A stretch of 64,000 nt of DNA from Takakia lepidozioides (taxonomy: Eukaryota; Plantae; Bryophyta), in assembly GCA_030704615.1 (NCBI GenBank), contig CM060733.1:34162001-34226000 (forward strand). Direction: 5' to 3'. Within the stretch, counting starts at the first letter, position 1. Every line of letters begins with the position of its first letter. The notes under the pieces are model-generated. The model made no database searches, had not been told where the DNA came from, and saw only the letters and a program-made list of their open reading frames with translations. Made by a program: the position numbers and the translations under genes. Positions 1 to 13,199 of the stretch are shown piece after piece.

Positions 1-1315
1 TGGCCGAATTCGTTATCTACACATTGGGAATTCTCAACTCTGCAATTTTCTCTAAAACGTGCTCCACAGCCGTTGTAGGATCAATGCAATGTCCTTTTGG
101 GCAAGTGGACAACAGGTTCTTCTCAGGGCTTGCCCATAGCCTATGGAAATTCAGCTGCAAACCCAAGTTTGGAATTTGCAGAGAGAAATTGATGGTGGCT
201 TCTCAGTCTTGACTCTGTTTAGCTCCCAATTCAAGCACAAGGGGATTTACTTGCAAGGCCCCGTTCACTTCATATTGTGCATACCTCAGTGAGTCAATAA
301 ATTAGCAGCTATGCTGCAGTGATGCATACCATTTGTAAATGCAATGCTTGTCTTCGTTGTCATTTTTGCCACAGCTAGACAGACCAAGAACCTTCAACTT
401 CTCCTAAGGTCAGGTAGCTGGATCTAATGCGAACAGTCGTGAGACATCAGGTTTAGCAGGTCGCCTACACCTTGGAGCTCACTAAAAGCAACGTCTCAGG
501 TGGAGGCGGTAAAATTAACCAGGCCTGTGAGCTCTTTCACAGATGGACATTGGACAATCCAGCACAAACAATTCCTGGAAGTTTGAGAAGGACCTAGACC
601 TCTTTGACCTTGGGGCACCTCTCCACAAGGAACTTCCGGAGGGTAGTCAACTGATCCAACGTAGGATGCTCACTTACAGCTTCGTGCACTTGTGAAGCTT
701 TGATTTCGAATTACTAGAATTCCAGCGCCGCAAAGAACATACAAAGTATCTATGGAACACCAAGCCTCAGGAAAACACCTAAAACAGAGAATTGTATTGT
801 GGTTTTATGGGCCCATGGTCTAGTATGCTGTCACTCAGAAGGTTCGTCACCGAAATGTGCAGGGGATCAGGAAAAGCAATATTTCAATAGCGTCACGGAG
901 TATCGATCTGTTGCATAGCCTCGAAATCCGCTTTCACGTTGGCAGCCATGCTCGAGCTACAACGCCCTACAGTGAACGCAGAGGAATCGATATCTGCAGC
1001 CCTCCACATTTCGCTAACCTTCATGAAGCTCACTGCAGTGAACACACTCTACCTTCACGCAATTGCTTTCTTCTTCCACTTACTTCTCTCATTATTTTCA
1101 CAGCTGCACCCGCCCCGTCAATGGGCCGGGTAGAATTTTGTCCTCTGCATTATTCGATCGCCCTGCACGGCCAAGAAGATCTACTATGCAGCCGAAATGC
1201 CTCAATGTTGGAGTGAGGCCATACACTCGTCTCATGCATTAAAAGTACTGATGGCCTTCATCCGCAAGGTCCACATAGCTAAGTTGCAAGGTTGCAATTT
1301 TTCCACCCATGTAGG

Positions 1316-4300
1316 ATGGCAGGATTGAACCTGGCACAGATTTTTATTGGACACCAGACTGGCAGCAGGGGTCGCACCTCCATTGTGGCAACTGCATTTC
1401 AAACAGGACCGAGAGAGGGAGCCCACAAGAACTCTTCTGGCACTTGTGGGAATGTGACATTATGCAAACCAGGACGATTGAAAGCGGCATTGCACATTTT
1501 GAACAAAAGAGGCATTCAAGCAGACTCCCGTACTTATGTCCGGGTCTTGCAGGAGTGCATCAACATGAAAAACTTAGCAGAGGGAAAGCAGGTGCATGCT
1601 CACATTATTCAAAGTGGATTCAAGCCGGACAACTTTCTGCTCAACACCCTTGTCAACATGTATGTCAAGTGTGGGAGTGTCAGGGACGCCCGCCAAGTGT
1701 TTGACAAAATGCCACAACGAGATATGTTTGCCTGGACTATAATGATATCAGGATATGCCAAGCGCGGGTGTGGTTGGGAGGCTATCAAACTCTATGAACA
1801 AATGCAACGGGCAGGGGTGACACCCGATAAGGTCACATTTATTTGCATTCTCAATGCTGCTGCCAGTTTAGGAGCTCTGGAAGAGGGGCGACAAATACAT
1901 GTGGCCATCATCAAAGCTGGAATTGCACCAGATATCATTCTGGAGACTGCCCTTGCTGACATGTATGCCAAATGTGGTAGTCTGGAGGTTGCACGTCAAG
2001 TGTTCGACAATATGGCTCAGCGAAATGTGGTCTCTTGGAATGCCATGATTGCTGGATATGTTCAGCATGGGTGTGGTAGGGAGGCTTTGGAGATCTATGA
2101 GCAAATGCAACAGGAAGTGATAATCCCCAATAGGGTGACGTTCATTTGTGTTCTGAATGCATGTGCCAGCCTTCAAGCCCTGGAAATGGGCAAACAGGCC
2201 CATGCTAACATGAGCAAAGCTGGAATTGCACCAGACATCATTCTGGAGACTGCCCTTGCCAATATGTATGCAAAGTGCGGAAGCATGAAGGATGCTCATC
2301 TCGTCTTCAACAATATGGCTAAACGAAATGCGGTGTCATGGAATGTCATGATCACAGGATATGTTCAGGGTGGGTGTGGAAGGGAAGCGTTCGAGATCTA
2401 TGAGCAAATGCGACGTGAAGGGGTGATGCCTGACATGGTCACATTCATCTGTGCTCTGAATGCATGTGCCAGCCTAGAATCCCTGGAAAAAGGCCACCAG
2501 ATCCATGTTGACATCATCAAAGCTGGTATTGCATCCTACATTAATTTGGAGAACACCCTTGTTGACATGTATGCTAAATGTGGGAGCATACAAGATGCAC
2601 GTCAAGTGTTTGACAATATGCCTGAACGAGATGTGGTCTCATGGAATGTTATGATCGCAGGATACACTCAGGATGGGTGTCATCGGGAGTCTTTCAAGAT
2701 CTATGAACGAATGCAATGGGAAGGCGTGAAGCCCAACAGGGTCACCTTCATTTGCATTCTCAATGCGTGTGCCAGCCAATGGGCCCTAGAAAAGGGACAA
2801 CAGGTCCATTCTGACATCATTAAAGCTGGAATTGCACTACATACTAATTTGGAGAGTGCCCTTGTTAACATGTATGCCAAATGTGGAAGCATAACAGATG
2901 CACTCCGGGTTTTCAACAATATGGCTGAACGAAATGTGGTCTCATGGAATGCCATAATTGCAGGACATGCTCAGCATGGGTGTGGTCGGGAAGCTTTGGA
3001 GATGTATGAGCAAATGCAAGTTGAAGGTGTGAAACCAAATAAGGTCACATTTATTTGCATTCTCAATGTGTGTGGCAGCCTAGGAGCCCTGGAAAAGGGC
3101 AAACTTGCCCACGCAGACATCATCAAAGCTGGAACTGCACTGGATATCACTCTGGAGACTGCCCTCTCAGACATGTATGTCAAATGTGGAAGTATGAAGG
3201 ATGCTCGTCAAGTTTTTGACAAAATGGCTGTAAGAGATGTGGTCTCATGGAGTGCGATTATAGCAGGATATGCTCAGCATCGGTGTGGCAGGGAGGCTTT
3301 GGAGCTCTATAAACAGATGCAACAGGAAGGGGTGACGCCCAACAGGGTCACTTTCACCTGTGTTCTCAATGCATGTGCCAGCCTAGTCGACCTGAAAAAG
3401 GGCAAAGAGCTCCATATTGACATCATCAAAGCTGGATCTGCACTAGATATAATTCTGGCAACTGCACTGGCCGACATGTATGCCAAATGTGGAAGCATGA
3501 AGGATGCACATCAAGTGTTTGCCACTATGGCTGAACGAGATGTCATCTCATGGAATGCCATGATTGCAGGATATTCTCAGCAAGGGTATGGTACGGAGGC
3601 TTTTGAGATGTATGAGCAAATGCGACGGGAAGGGGTGATACCCGACAGGGTCACTTTCATTTGCGTTCTCAATGCATGTGCCAGTCTAGGGTTCCTGGAA
3701 AAGGGCAAGGAGGTTCATGCTGACCTGATCAAAGTTGGAATCTCCTCACAAATTAATTTGGAGAATAAACTTGTGGATATGTATGCCAAATGCGGGAGCA
3801 TGAAGGATGCACAGCAAGTGTTCAACAACATGCCTGAACGAGATTTGGTCTCATGGAACAGCATGATCGCAGGATGTGCACAGCATGGCTGTGGTAAGGA
3901 CGCCCTGCAACTATTTGATCAAATGCAACGGGATGGCTTGAAGCCAGATGATATCACTTTCATATCTCTCCTCTTTGCATGTAGTCAAGTCGGGTTAGTG
4001 GATGAAGGTCGTCACTACTTTGAATCAATAAGTCCTGATCACGGCCTCACTCCTACAGTGGAGCATTTTGGGTGCATGGTGGATCTTCTTGGCCGTGCAG
4101 GACGATTCGATGAGGCAGAGGACCTCATTAACAAAATGCCAATCAAACCTGGGGCTGAAGCGTGGAGAGCATTGCTTGGTGCCTGCACAATCCATGGAAA
4201 CTTGGATGTCGCAGAACGTGTGGCAAAATGGCTTATCAAGAATGATCCCCAGCACGGTGCAGCTTATGTGCTGCTATCAAACATCTATGCTGCTGCTGGC

Positions 4301-4444
4301 AGGTGGGATGATATAGCAACGGCGAGAAAAATGATGGAGTACGGAAGGGTGAGAGAGGAACCAGGGCACAGCTGTATTGGAGTGGACAAGTCGGTTTCTC
4401 TAGTGCATCAGGTCGTATGCAGATCCTTGTTTAGTTCAAAGTAG
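1316..4444 (+). CDS. PLS-class pentatricopeptide repeat protein with E domains and PG box, no intact DYW (organellar RNA-editing factor type)
   Basis: Single ORF 1292-4444, first in-frame ATG at 1316. Eight ~303-bp P-L-S triplets (MY[AV]KCGS... / VVSWNAMIAGY / VTFICVLNACAS), then P2-L2-S2 (HFGCMVDLLGRAG), E1/E2 (WRALLGACTIHG; YVLLSNIYAAAGRW) and EEPGHSCI. Confidence 0.95.
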   Translation: MAGLNLAQIFIGHQTGSRGRTSIVATAFQTGPREGAHKNSSGTCGNVTLCKPGRLKAALHILNKRGIQADSRTYVRVLQECINMKNLAEGKQVHAHIIQSGFKPDNFLLNTLVNMYVKCGSVRDARQVFDKMPQRDMFAWTIMISGYAKRGCGWEAIKLYEQMQRAGVTPDKVTFICILNAAASLGALEEGRQIHVAIIKAGIAPDIILETALADMYAKCGSLEVARQVFDNMAQRNVVSWNAMIAGYVQHGCGREALEIYEQMQQEVIIPNRVTFICVLNACASLQALEMGKQAHANMSKAGIAPDIILETALANMYAKCGSMKDAHLVFNNMAKRNAVSWNVMITGYVQGGCGREAFEIYEQMRREGVMPDMVTFICALNACASLESLEKGHQIHVDIIKAGIASYINLENTLVDMYAKCGSIQDARQVFDNMPERDVVSWNVMIAGYTQDGCHRESFKIYERMQWEGVKPNRVTFICILNACASQWALEKGQQVHSDIIKAGIALHTNLESALVNMYAKCGSITDALRVFNNMAERNVVSWNAIIAGHAQHGCGREALEMYEQMQVEGVKPNKVTFICILNVCGSLGALEKGKLAHADIIKAGTALDITLETALSDMYVKCGSMKDARQVFDKMAVRDVVSWSAIIAGYAQHRCGREALELYKQMQQEGVTPNRVTFTCVLNACASLVDLKKGKELHIDIIKAGSALDIILATALADMYAKCGSMKDAHQVFATMAERDVISWNAMIAGYSQQGYGTEAFEMYEQMRREGVIPDRVTFICVLNACASLGFLEKGKEVHADLIKVGISSQINLENKLVDMYAKCGSMKDAQQVFNNMPERDLVSWNSMIAGCAQHGCGKDALQLFDQMQRDGLKPDDITFISLLFACSQVGLVDEGRHYFESISPDHGLTPTVEHFGCMVDLLGRAGRFDEAEDLINKMPIKPGAEAWRALLGACTIHGNLDVAERVAKWLIKNDPQHGAAYVLLSNIYAAAGRWDDIATARKMMEYGRVREEPGHSCIGVDKSVSLVHQVVCRSLFSSK

Positions 4445-5605
4445 GGGTTGTCTGCACATAGTCATAAGTTGAATCGAGAGTAGAAGTTGCAGCCAGTGAT
4501 TGCTATATTAGTTAGGGTGGTAAAGCCACGGATGTGACACCAAAAGTAAAGGGGAAGTGAGAGAGAGATATGAGGTAGTAGCACTTTGCATCGCAACATG
4601 CCACACCTCCTGAGCCACTCTGCCAATGTATCCTAGAAACATCAAACTAGCCGGTCAGTTGACTCCAAATAGGTCAATCACAGACTTGTTCCTGCCCCAT
4701 TTTGCATTCTTGCTCTATCTGAAAGACACACTAATACTTCAACCGCAATTACGTTCATTATGTTTATGAGCCTCAGTGCAAGCAAGAGAAGGAGAGGGAT
4801 CGAGAGGAGATAGCAAGATAGAAATGTGATCTAGAATGCTTTGATCTCACACACTTAGTCATTGCCACTACAGGTCTATGCCCCTTGCATCGCCAGCAGG
4901 TAGTCTGCCCGACTTGAAATGCTGGCATTGTCGGTGCTATGCTTTTGAGAGGTGCTGGCTCCACTGCGAATGCTTTACTGGATTTGTGACATCAATGGAA
5001 GATGCACATCTTGATCTTGGCTTTCTCATCATATGAATTTGAATGTGGGTTCTCCTTGCTATACTTCAAGAAGGTATTCTATGCAAAGCAAGGTGTGCTC
5101 TCAATAGACCTGCTATAGCACCTGGCAGGGGATTGCCCCTGAAATTGTGGTCGTTTTGGGCTCCAATTTGTAGACAGGTCTGTTTTGTTTACCTATGATG
5201 TTTATATATATGTACAGAGAGCTGGGGTTAGGGGTCTTGCTTTGACTAAACAATTGCAGGCAAGCACGTCACGTTTCCTTCCATCTCGAAGTTGTGTGTC
5301 CATACAGACAACAACACACGGTGTGCTCTCCCTGTATTTGGTCACACTGCTTTTCCGGGGAGGACCAAAGCCAAGCAGCCACGGCATAGAGAAATCATTA
5401 GTTACTGCATTTGACTACCTTTTAGCTTGCCTACATTGAGAAACTGCAACAGAAGTATGTCTGGGGCAGTCAATTGCCAGGCTTGTTAGAGAGGATAAAA
5501 AGGGTACTAACGGTCAAAAATTCCCTCATCCGAGAGAAAAATAATGGGATTGACTGACTTGGGTGGGCCCTGACCTGATCACAATCAGCTACTGTTACTT
5601 TTTAT

Positions 5606-5719
5606 TCTCTCTCTCTCTCTCTCTCTCTCTCTTTGTTCCCGCTCAAACTGGGCGCGGGGTCAATGGCCACAAGGCTACGGCAAACAACATCTTATGAGTA
5701 CAATCTCTCTCTCTCTCTC
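5606..5719. repeat. Two (CT)n microsatellites
   Basis: CT runs at about 5606-5632 and 5704-5719. Confidence 0.8.
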
Positions 5720-7099
5720 TGTGGCTCACCAAAACTGGCCCCGAGATTTCTGGTAACAAGCCTATGGCAATGAGTACGTCATCTGTTGCACTCTCTCTTT
5801 TGCTTGGTTGTCTCACATCATTGCATTTTGAAAGGAAGCTGGTGCCTGATATCAAGTGTGGGGTGTGACGAAAGTCTTGCAGCAATGCCTGATTCTGTTT
5901 CAGGGGGAATTCAAAGGGCCAATATGCTGCTAGCTGCTTATTTCAATTCACTACCGCAAGTAATTGAAATGCTTTAAGCATATTTAGAATCTGAATTCCT
6001 ATAAATGTGCTGATTCAAGGGGTGCATTTGCCTTCTCTGTAGGGGAAGGGTTGTAACTAAAGTCGTGAACTGTACCAGTGCCCTTTATGGCGTGTTACTT
6101 TTATGTGCAGTCGTGTCTTGGGAGCATCTTCACTGTTGTTGGTGGGTACGTACCATCTCATGAAACAGTGGACTTTCTGGGTAAGCTCCTCATTTCACTT
6201 GATCAAGCTCTTTTGAATCTCCAAATGTAAGTAGAGTACTTGCCCATCGTCTCAGAGGCAGTCCTTCCATGGGGGTCCTACATTTGAGAAATTTCTTTGT
6301 TGCTTAGGTTTCCTAGTAGACTACTCCTCAGTGAGCCTCCTGTGTGGGAATGGCAGCCGCAAGCACTCTTGGGCGTGACATTCAGTTGGCGTGGCACTGC
6401 TGGGGTTGCTGTGGGAAGGGAGCCTGGATCCTTCCGTTGTTCTTCCCTATCTCCCTACAACACATTGTGATCTTGAACACCAACTATCCCTCCCTGTAAT
6501 CCCGCCCTGTGCTGTAGATGCTCAAAACCAAGGTTGTTTCCAATTTATTAGTGTATTTACAGGAACGCTACTGCAATTGACAGTATTACAGAAGAAACTG
6601 ATGTAAATGAGATTTTGAGGAAGAGTGCTGAAACTTGAAGTGTAAGATTTAAAGCTATGATTTCTGGCTCTCGCAGCACCGCACGAGGAGGGCTCACTGC
6701 CAACAAGTGCAGCATTGCACAACAACTGCTAGTGGACAAGAAAGGAAAATTAGTTCAAATCGACACAGTAAGCCATGCTCCTCTTTGATAGCTCAGCCTG
6801 CCTTGACCAAGCCGTCTGCAAGGAAGAAATGATTTGTCTGGGCGGAAGAACAAATGGCAGCAGCAGTGGATGCAGTACCGATGAGGGCAATGTCTCTTCC
6901 ATGGGTCTCATTCGGGGGTCAAGAGGAAGAAGAGAGAAAGGAAGAGGAGAGATTGAAGGGTGGCAAATGAACTGGGTGTACTTGCAGCAAATCGGAAACT
7001 CGAGTGAGATACAAAATTAGCTGCTGCGCCAAAGGTGGAAAGGCTTGTATAAATTTATGGTACAAGGAGCAAGCTGCAAATTTTATGAATTTCTATACT

Positions 7100-7404
7100 G
7101 CTGGAATACTGTCTGACAATTCTTATTGACATAAACTGAGACTCTCTTTATTTCAAGAGAGAACTGCTAGAGCAGCTAGACTACAATCATGGAGGCAGTC
7201 CCGAGCTATGGTGGTTGTGAGCTCTATGCAGACACACCAGTGAGATATATTTGAATTTGTAGCTGGAATATTGCCTGACAATTCTCTTGACTTCATCTCA
7301 GACTGTCTTTAATTGAAGATACAACTGCTAGGGCAGCTAGACTACAGTCACGGCGGCAGTCCCAAGCTATGGTGCCCTTGAGCTCTGCGCGGACACATCA
7401 GTGA
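7100..7404. repeat. Diverged tandem duplication, ~162-bp unit x2
   Basis: gctggaata...ctgacaattct...aactgctag[a/g]gcagctagactaca...ggcagtccc[g/a]agctatggtg...gacac at 7100 and 7262. Confidence 0.8.
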
Positions 7405-8497
7405 CAATCACAGAGCCCTAGTATTAATGAACTTGTCCATTTGTATTTTTATCAGATCATGTGAATCGACACCTACTTTTATCATGGGGTGAAGGAAGGC
7501 ATCACAGTCTTCCGTTGCGTGCTTTGTTGGTTAACTTGCCTGGTGGAGTTGAGCACTGTTGGTGCTGAATGATGGGTCAAAATTCTGATGAGCTCCACAA
7601 ATTCTAGTGGTTACAATAAACCCCCTCGAGAGAAGCCATAATGTTAAACACACTACAAGTGAGGGAGAGGGCCGAGGCCAGACCAGACAGGAGAGAACAC
7701 CAGAGACATCTGGGTAGCATAATACTCCTTGCATAACTAGAAACGTTGGCAGTATGGGTATTTGCCAAGGGGCTGCGAGGTGAGAGGATCGACCATGGTA
7801 GACCTAGACCTCAAACTATGAACGCACCCCAAGTGTGCCAGGGCCATGGTGATTTTGGCCTGGCTCAACATGGTAGGACAGAGCCTTCAGGCCGAAGTGA
7901 TCGTAATCGTTTCGGGGCATGCCTCAGAAGAGTGGCTCTAGATTGTAACCTTCTGGTTTGAGATTATGCACGTCGAAGCGCAAGCGTTCACTGGTAAGGT
8001 AGGGTGTGAATCCAAATCTCTCTTGTACTGTGATCACAGGCTAACTATAAGTGCATAGCACCCACAAATCATAACTCACAGAAGCAGTGTGACGGCTCCA
8101 TTCCGTCTTACTTGGCTCTTCGATTTCGTAGACGCCGTTTCTACTTGGTTATTACTTTCCTGGGAAAAGGCAGCTTGTACACGGAAGTTGCACGTGAATG
8201 GGGAGGTTTGCTTTTGTGCAGTGAAGAGTTGCAGAATGTGATTCCGAGAACGTGGAGAATTGTTTTATATTAAAGTTCGCATCGAACGAAATCGGCCTCT
8301 GGAATTTGTCAGGCATATTTCTTGAGGTCTTCCCAGGGGCTACGTGGATATGGTGCATCTCCCTTTCCTCTGCATTTATAGAAGCCAGGAAATAAATGTG
8401 TTCAGCCTGCGTTGGAGCAGGAGCACAGTATTAGCCTTTGTGCTCATAAGTGTATGTAGGAGCCTGGCAACAAATATATAACAAGAAGAGTGTCGAC

Positions 8498-9002
8498 CAG
8501 TGTTGTTCTGGTATCAGTGTTAGGACATACCAGACTGGTCCTGGTACCAGACGTATCACAAAAATTTAACCAGTCTGGTCTATATAATGGTGGATGTATA
8601 ATTCTCTACATACTGGTATGAGTATGAGTATCATGACCACAATACCAGCTGGTACGAGATATCAATTCTGGTATCATTCCAAAGCCATCTTGAATTACAA
8701 GTTTCATCACTAGCAAGTATCAAGTGAAAACAAATACAATATAAATAAAGAAATAAATATACATAAGTACAAGTACGTAGGCATATATACACATAAATTA
8801 ATATAGTATACATACCAGAGTAAATGAGGAAGACGGCGGGGGAGTACTGGTATTGTGGCTGGTATGAAAAAACTGATACCAGCCTGGTCTGGTATATGAC
8901 CCAGTATTCTCCCAAATGATACCAGACTGGTCTGGTATCTAATACCAGTGCATATACCAGTATTTTATACCAGTCCTTCACCTGTATACCAGACCAACAC
9001 TG
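8498..9002. mobile_element. hAT-type MITE (505 bp)
   Basis: TIR CAGTGTTG...CAACACTG. Perfect 8-bp TSD GTGTCGAC (8490-8497, 9003-9010). Many internal TACCAG/CTGGTA subterminal motifs. Confidence 0.9.
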
Positions 9003-12000
9003 GTGTCGACGACAATTTTCTCCATTTCCTGCTCGAAGAGTGCCAAGCTTCATAATTGCAGAGCTTTTGCAGGAACCTGCCAACCACCACACTGCAAATA
9101 TTCCTAACAAAAACTGCTCCATTGCTGTGAGAGGCAGGAAGAGGACGGTATGTAGTGGAGAAAGCAGTTTCTTCTATTAAAGTTGGTCGTGTCCCTGGTG
9201 GTGTCGGACTCTACACCTCTTTTCTCTCCTGGGGGTGGGGGAGCAGAAGCGGGTCGACGAACTTCATTATGTCGTGGGCCCCGCCAGAGCCGTCAAAGCT
9301 CGCTCGAACTTGCAGCGGGCACTTCGCCGGCAAAGGACCCTGTCGGACGGGTGCGTGTTGGCCCGATCCTTGAGCTCCTTTCCAGTTTGGCAGCCTGACC
9401 ACATTCTCATTTTCTCTTGCAACTTTTAAAGAGTCAAGCTCTCATAACTTCAGATTGAAGAAGCGGATGGTTGATCCAAGGACCAGATTCTTCCTCTCTC
9501 AATGCCACCAGTAGCTCTTTATTCTTTCTCTAGAATTAGATAATAGAAGTAAGGAGCTGGGTGGGCGCCTGGGTGGCAGCCTTCAAAGTAGTGGGGACAT
9601 CAAATCTTCTCAAGCTGTGCTTTCAAATAGAGTTATTTTGGCTTCAATGGCGATTATGCACTGAGATAATGAAATAATGATTGTGAGGAGCTGGGTGGCA
9701 AGAGAAATCTTCCATATAGATTGTAGATCTCAGCTTTTGAAGAGAGAGCTGTTGATAGTTATTTTGGGTTCTATAGTTAGACAATCATTCTCGAGAGTTC
9801 AGTGGCCAGCTGCAGCCTACCACGGCTGCAGTCTCGAGTAAAGTTATTGCAGCTCTTCAAACACTGAACAGTAGCAAGCTTCCTAGGTGATGTATTTGTA
9901 GTCAGAAAAAGCTGCCCTCACGGAGGAGAAAGTAAGTTCGTGGAGTCATCCCAACTAGTGCAAACTAGGCTAGGCCCTCGTCCATCAGGGAGAGCTTCTC
10001 CCACCATGTCGATAATGGGCAATTTTTTAATCTGTACTTCCTTGAATGCGACCGGGAAACTTTGGTGGGCCCTGCAGATGCAAAAGCGCTTGGGCATGCC
10101 CAATCGAGAATGACCGTTGTGCTACTCGCATATCTGGATTTGAACTCTGTAGCACAGACTCAACAGGCCGCAGTGCTCCAACTGGGTTGGGCAACCAGTT
10201 GGAAGCTATTTCCCTCGATAAATTCTCCGGGAGCCTCCTTATTACTCGAGGAGCTTCTAGGCCTCCAAACACATCTCCTCTTAGATCTCTCTGCCTTCAA
10301 TGACGACTCTACCAGGGTGCGTTGGCTTGGATGTAAAGGAGTTTTCATTGAAGTCTATCTAGTATCCACCCTGGAAATTGGAGGTGGTCGTTCTGACCGT
10401 CCCAAGAAGAATCTTTGCGGGCGCAGTTGCCAAGGAGCTATGACAGCTTTATGTGACCTCCCAGATCTGCTCCGTGGCTCTGCAACACTCCAGATTTAGG
10501 AAATCAAAATCACGTACTGGAGGTGTGCACTGGGGGTGGAGAATGAGTAGACGGGGGAGAAAATCCAAACCCACTCTCAAACTCCATGCCATCTCCGTGG
10601 GCTGCACTCATCCTTCAATGCTTATGGGTAACACAATACTCGTTCGTAGTATTCTGTATCGTGTACATAGTATCCCATACATGACTACCTTCCTCTCAAC
10701 CGATCATGGCTGTATTGAACTGATGAAGATCATACTTTCTTTCAAGTGTTATGCAACGGAGTGTAACCCTCCTCAATGAAAAGATGTAACCATTTTCTTG
10801 GTAGTTGGGCAGTGACTGGTTTGAAGGTCCCTCCATCAGGCACAGAAACCTTAGCCACTGCAGCAAAAATATTTCTTGGCTTTGTAGGCCAACCGACTGT
10901 CCAGTACTAGGCTGATTCAACAGACATAGCTGGGCCCATTGTGGCGAGAGTCTTGTGAACTGCTGCAGGAAGATGGAGAGATCCGAGCACTCGACAAGAT
11001 CAGTGACGGCACAAACACCGACAAAGAGCGTTTCGCCAACATTGTGGTTGCCCCCAAGCATGGACTGGGGCAAAGATGATGACCCATTGTGCAGTACAAC
11101 GAGCTCTATCAAGGGAAAATCAAACTTGATTACCCAAGGACATGTGATAGATGGTGACTCCTTGCTAAAGTAAGACGGAAGATAACCCAGTACGCTCTTT
11201 GGCAGCTTACTTAGCAGATAATGCCAATGGTTGATCGTTGTTGTTGCAGCGGATTTAGAAAGTATTGGTACTGTGATAGCCCCAGTCGCATCATTGTTAT
11301 CCTGTGGACGTACATGTACCTCAAGTGAGTGTCCAGAAGTATGCTCCCTTCACGGAGCTGCAGAGCTCACGCTATTAGTGCATATGCTAACAAAGTTTTT
11401 TGGGTCGGGCAAATGCCCTCACTGGCGACCAACTGAAATGTGAGCGTAAATGTCAATTGTCCTTAACTTATGACCGCGACATCAGCAACCGAGCCTTTCT
11501 AAGTTTGGATCTGGTTTTGCATTGGGAAGGATTCTGCGGCGGAGAGTTGGCCATGTAGGCGAACAGCATAGGAAAGTTATGGGGCCTGGTAGTTGGACTG
11601 TACAGGTTGAGCATTGCGTTGAATCTGTCTCAGATTTTGGGAAATTCGGATCATGCCAATTCTGCGGAGAGCAATGAGCACAGCAGATTGGGCGGCAATG
11701 GGCGTCACTCAACTCCTTGGATATCGAGCCTTGTAACTTACTTAATGTAGGGCCCACATCTCAAGAAGAAGAAGAAGAAGAAGATAATATAATATGGAGT
11801 TCTCCTTCCACGCTCCTGCTGCCAAGTCTTGATTGGCCTGTAGCTGGGCTAGTCTTGGCCCAGCCTTCAAAAAAGTCAGAAAAACCCATAAGAATTGCCC
11901 ACGAGGCTTTCCACGATAGCAGGTGGCCCACCCTAGGAAACCCCCACCTTTCATCGCTGCTGCTCAGTGCTGGGTGAACAGGAAAAAGGATAACCCCACC

Positions 12001-13199
12001 TTGCAGGTGTTTCTGATTACCTAGTGCTATACTGTAGGCCTAATAAGCGTGCGGCATGGGCGTCGCATGCTATAAAATGGAGGCGGAGGGGCACCACAGT
12101 TATGGCCACCGCCTGCAGTTGACCTACCTCCGAGATCACACTCGTATTATATTCCTCACACTTGCATGCACCTATATTTTTTTCTATCTGCTCCACTGAA
12201 CACTGAACATTTGCTTTCATACATTCAAGCCTCTGTGCACCTGGATTGGTTCCAGTACATGTTCAAAGACTTCCACCGACTTGCATCATCCTAGCAAGTC
12301 TGTATGTGACTGTTGACATGGAATATGCCCGCTGGACCGGTGGAAGAGCACCGACTTCCCTCCTACACACTAGCATGATGGAAGGCGCACTGAATAATGG
12401 CCTAACCAGTGGGTTCACAGAGATTGTACACAGCCCACATGCTTTTGCGTCCAACACTTGGGATAATATATTCTACTAAAAGATAAGCAGGTCAGGGAGT
12501 GACATGGAATATGCACGCTGGACCAGTGTCTCGGCAAGCAGGTCGAGGAGCACATGCTTGCATCCCACAGTAAAGAGTACCAAGTGTGCTGCAAGAATAT
12601 GCGTGTTGGACCAGTGCTGCCTCAACAGGTAGGAGCACCATGTCCCAACATAAAGATCGGCGAGTGTGGCAGAGAGACCGCATAAATCCCCCCAAAAAAC
12701 ACTACTAAAGTAAACCGTTCGTGGTCGTGGAGCACATGAAGCTCGTGAGGCGGCGACAGGAAGCATCAGAGCGGCCTCCCCGGCATCATCTCATGTGTTT
12801 TTGACCCCTTCTCTCGCTTTCTCACACAGAAATCCACAGAATGTTCTGCTTTGTCTAAGCTAGAGCTTCCACTGTCGCTGTGCCAATCGGCTGCTTCCAA
12901 ATCTCGCTAAAAAACAGCCACCATGAACCTGCTTCTCCCCGGTGAACTAAGTCAAAGCTTTGCTACAGCGCTGTGGATGCAAGATGGGGGACAAGCTGCT
13001 GTGGAAAGTGGCCACCCTCCATCACGATGAATTGGAGTGAGAAAGAAGATGAATGTGTTGGTCCCCACCCAACCCTAGTTCAATTCAATTCAACCTCCTT
13101 CGAAAGTTAATTGAAAACACAAGAAAAAACAAATATTTCGACCCGGAGACCGGAGCGGAGATTCAAAGGAATGGACCGTGGCTGGGAATTGGATGGGGG

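Noticed and set aside
1444-4316. Small antisense and alternative-frame ORFs inside the PPR gene (likewise in the ARF, pol and membrane-protein genes)
   Set aside because: Shadow ORFs of the real coding frames.
8631-9122. 163-aa minus-strand ORF
   Set aside because: Lies largely within the hAT MITE and is made of its repeated motifs.
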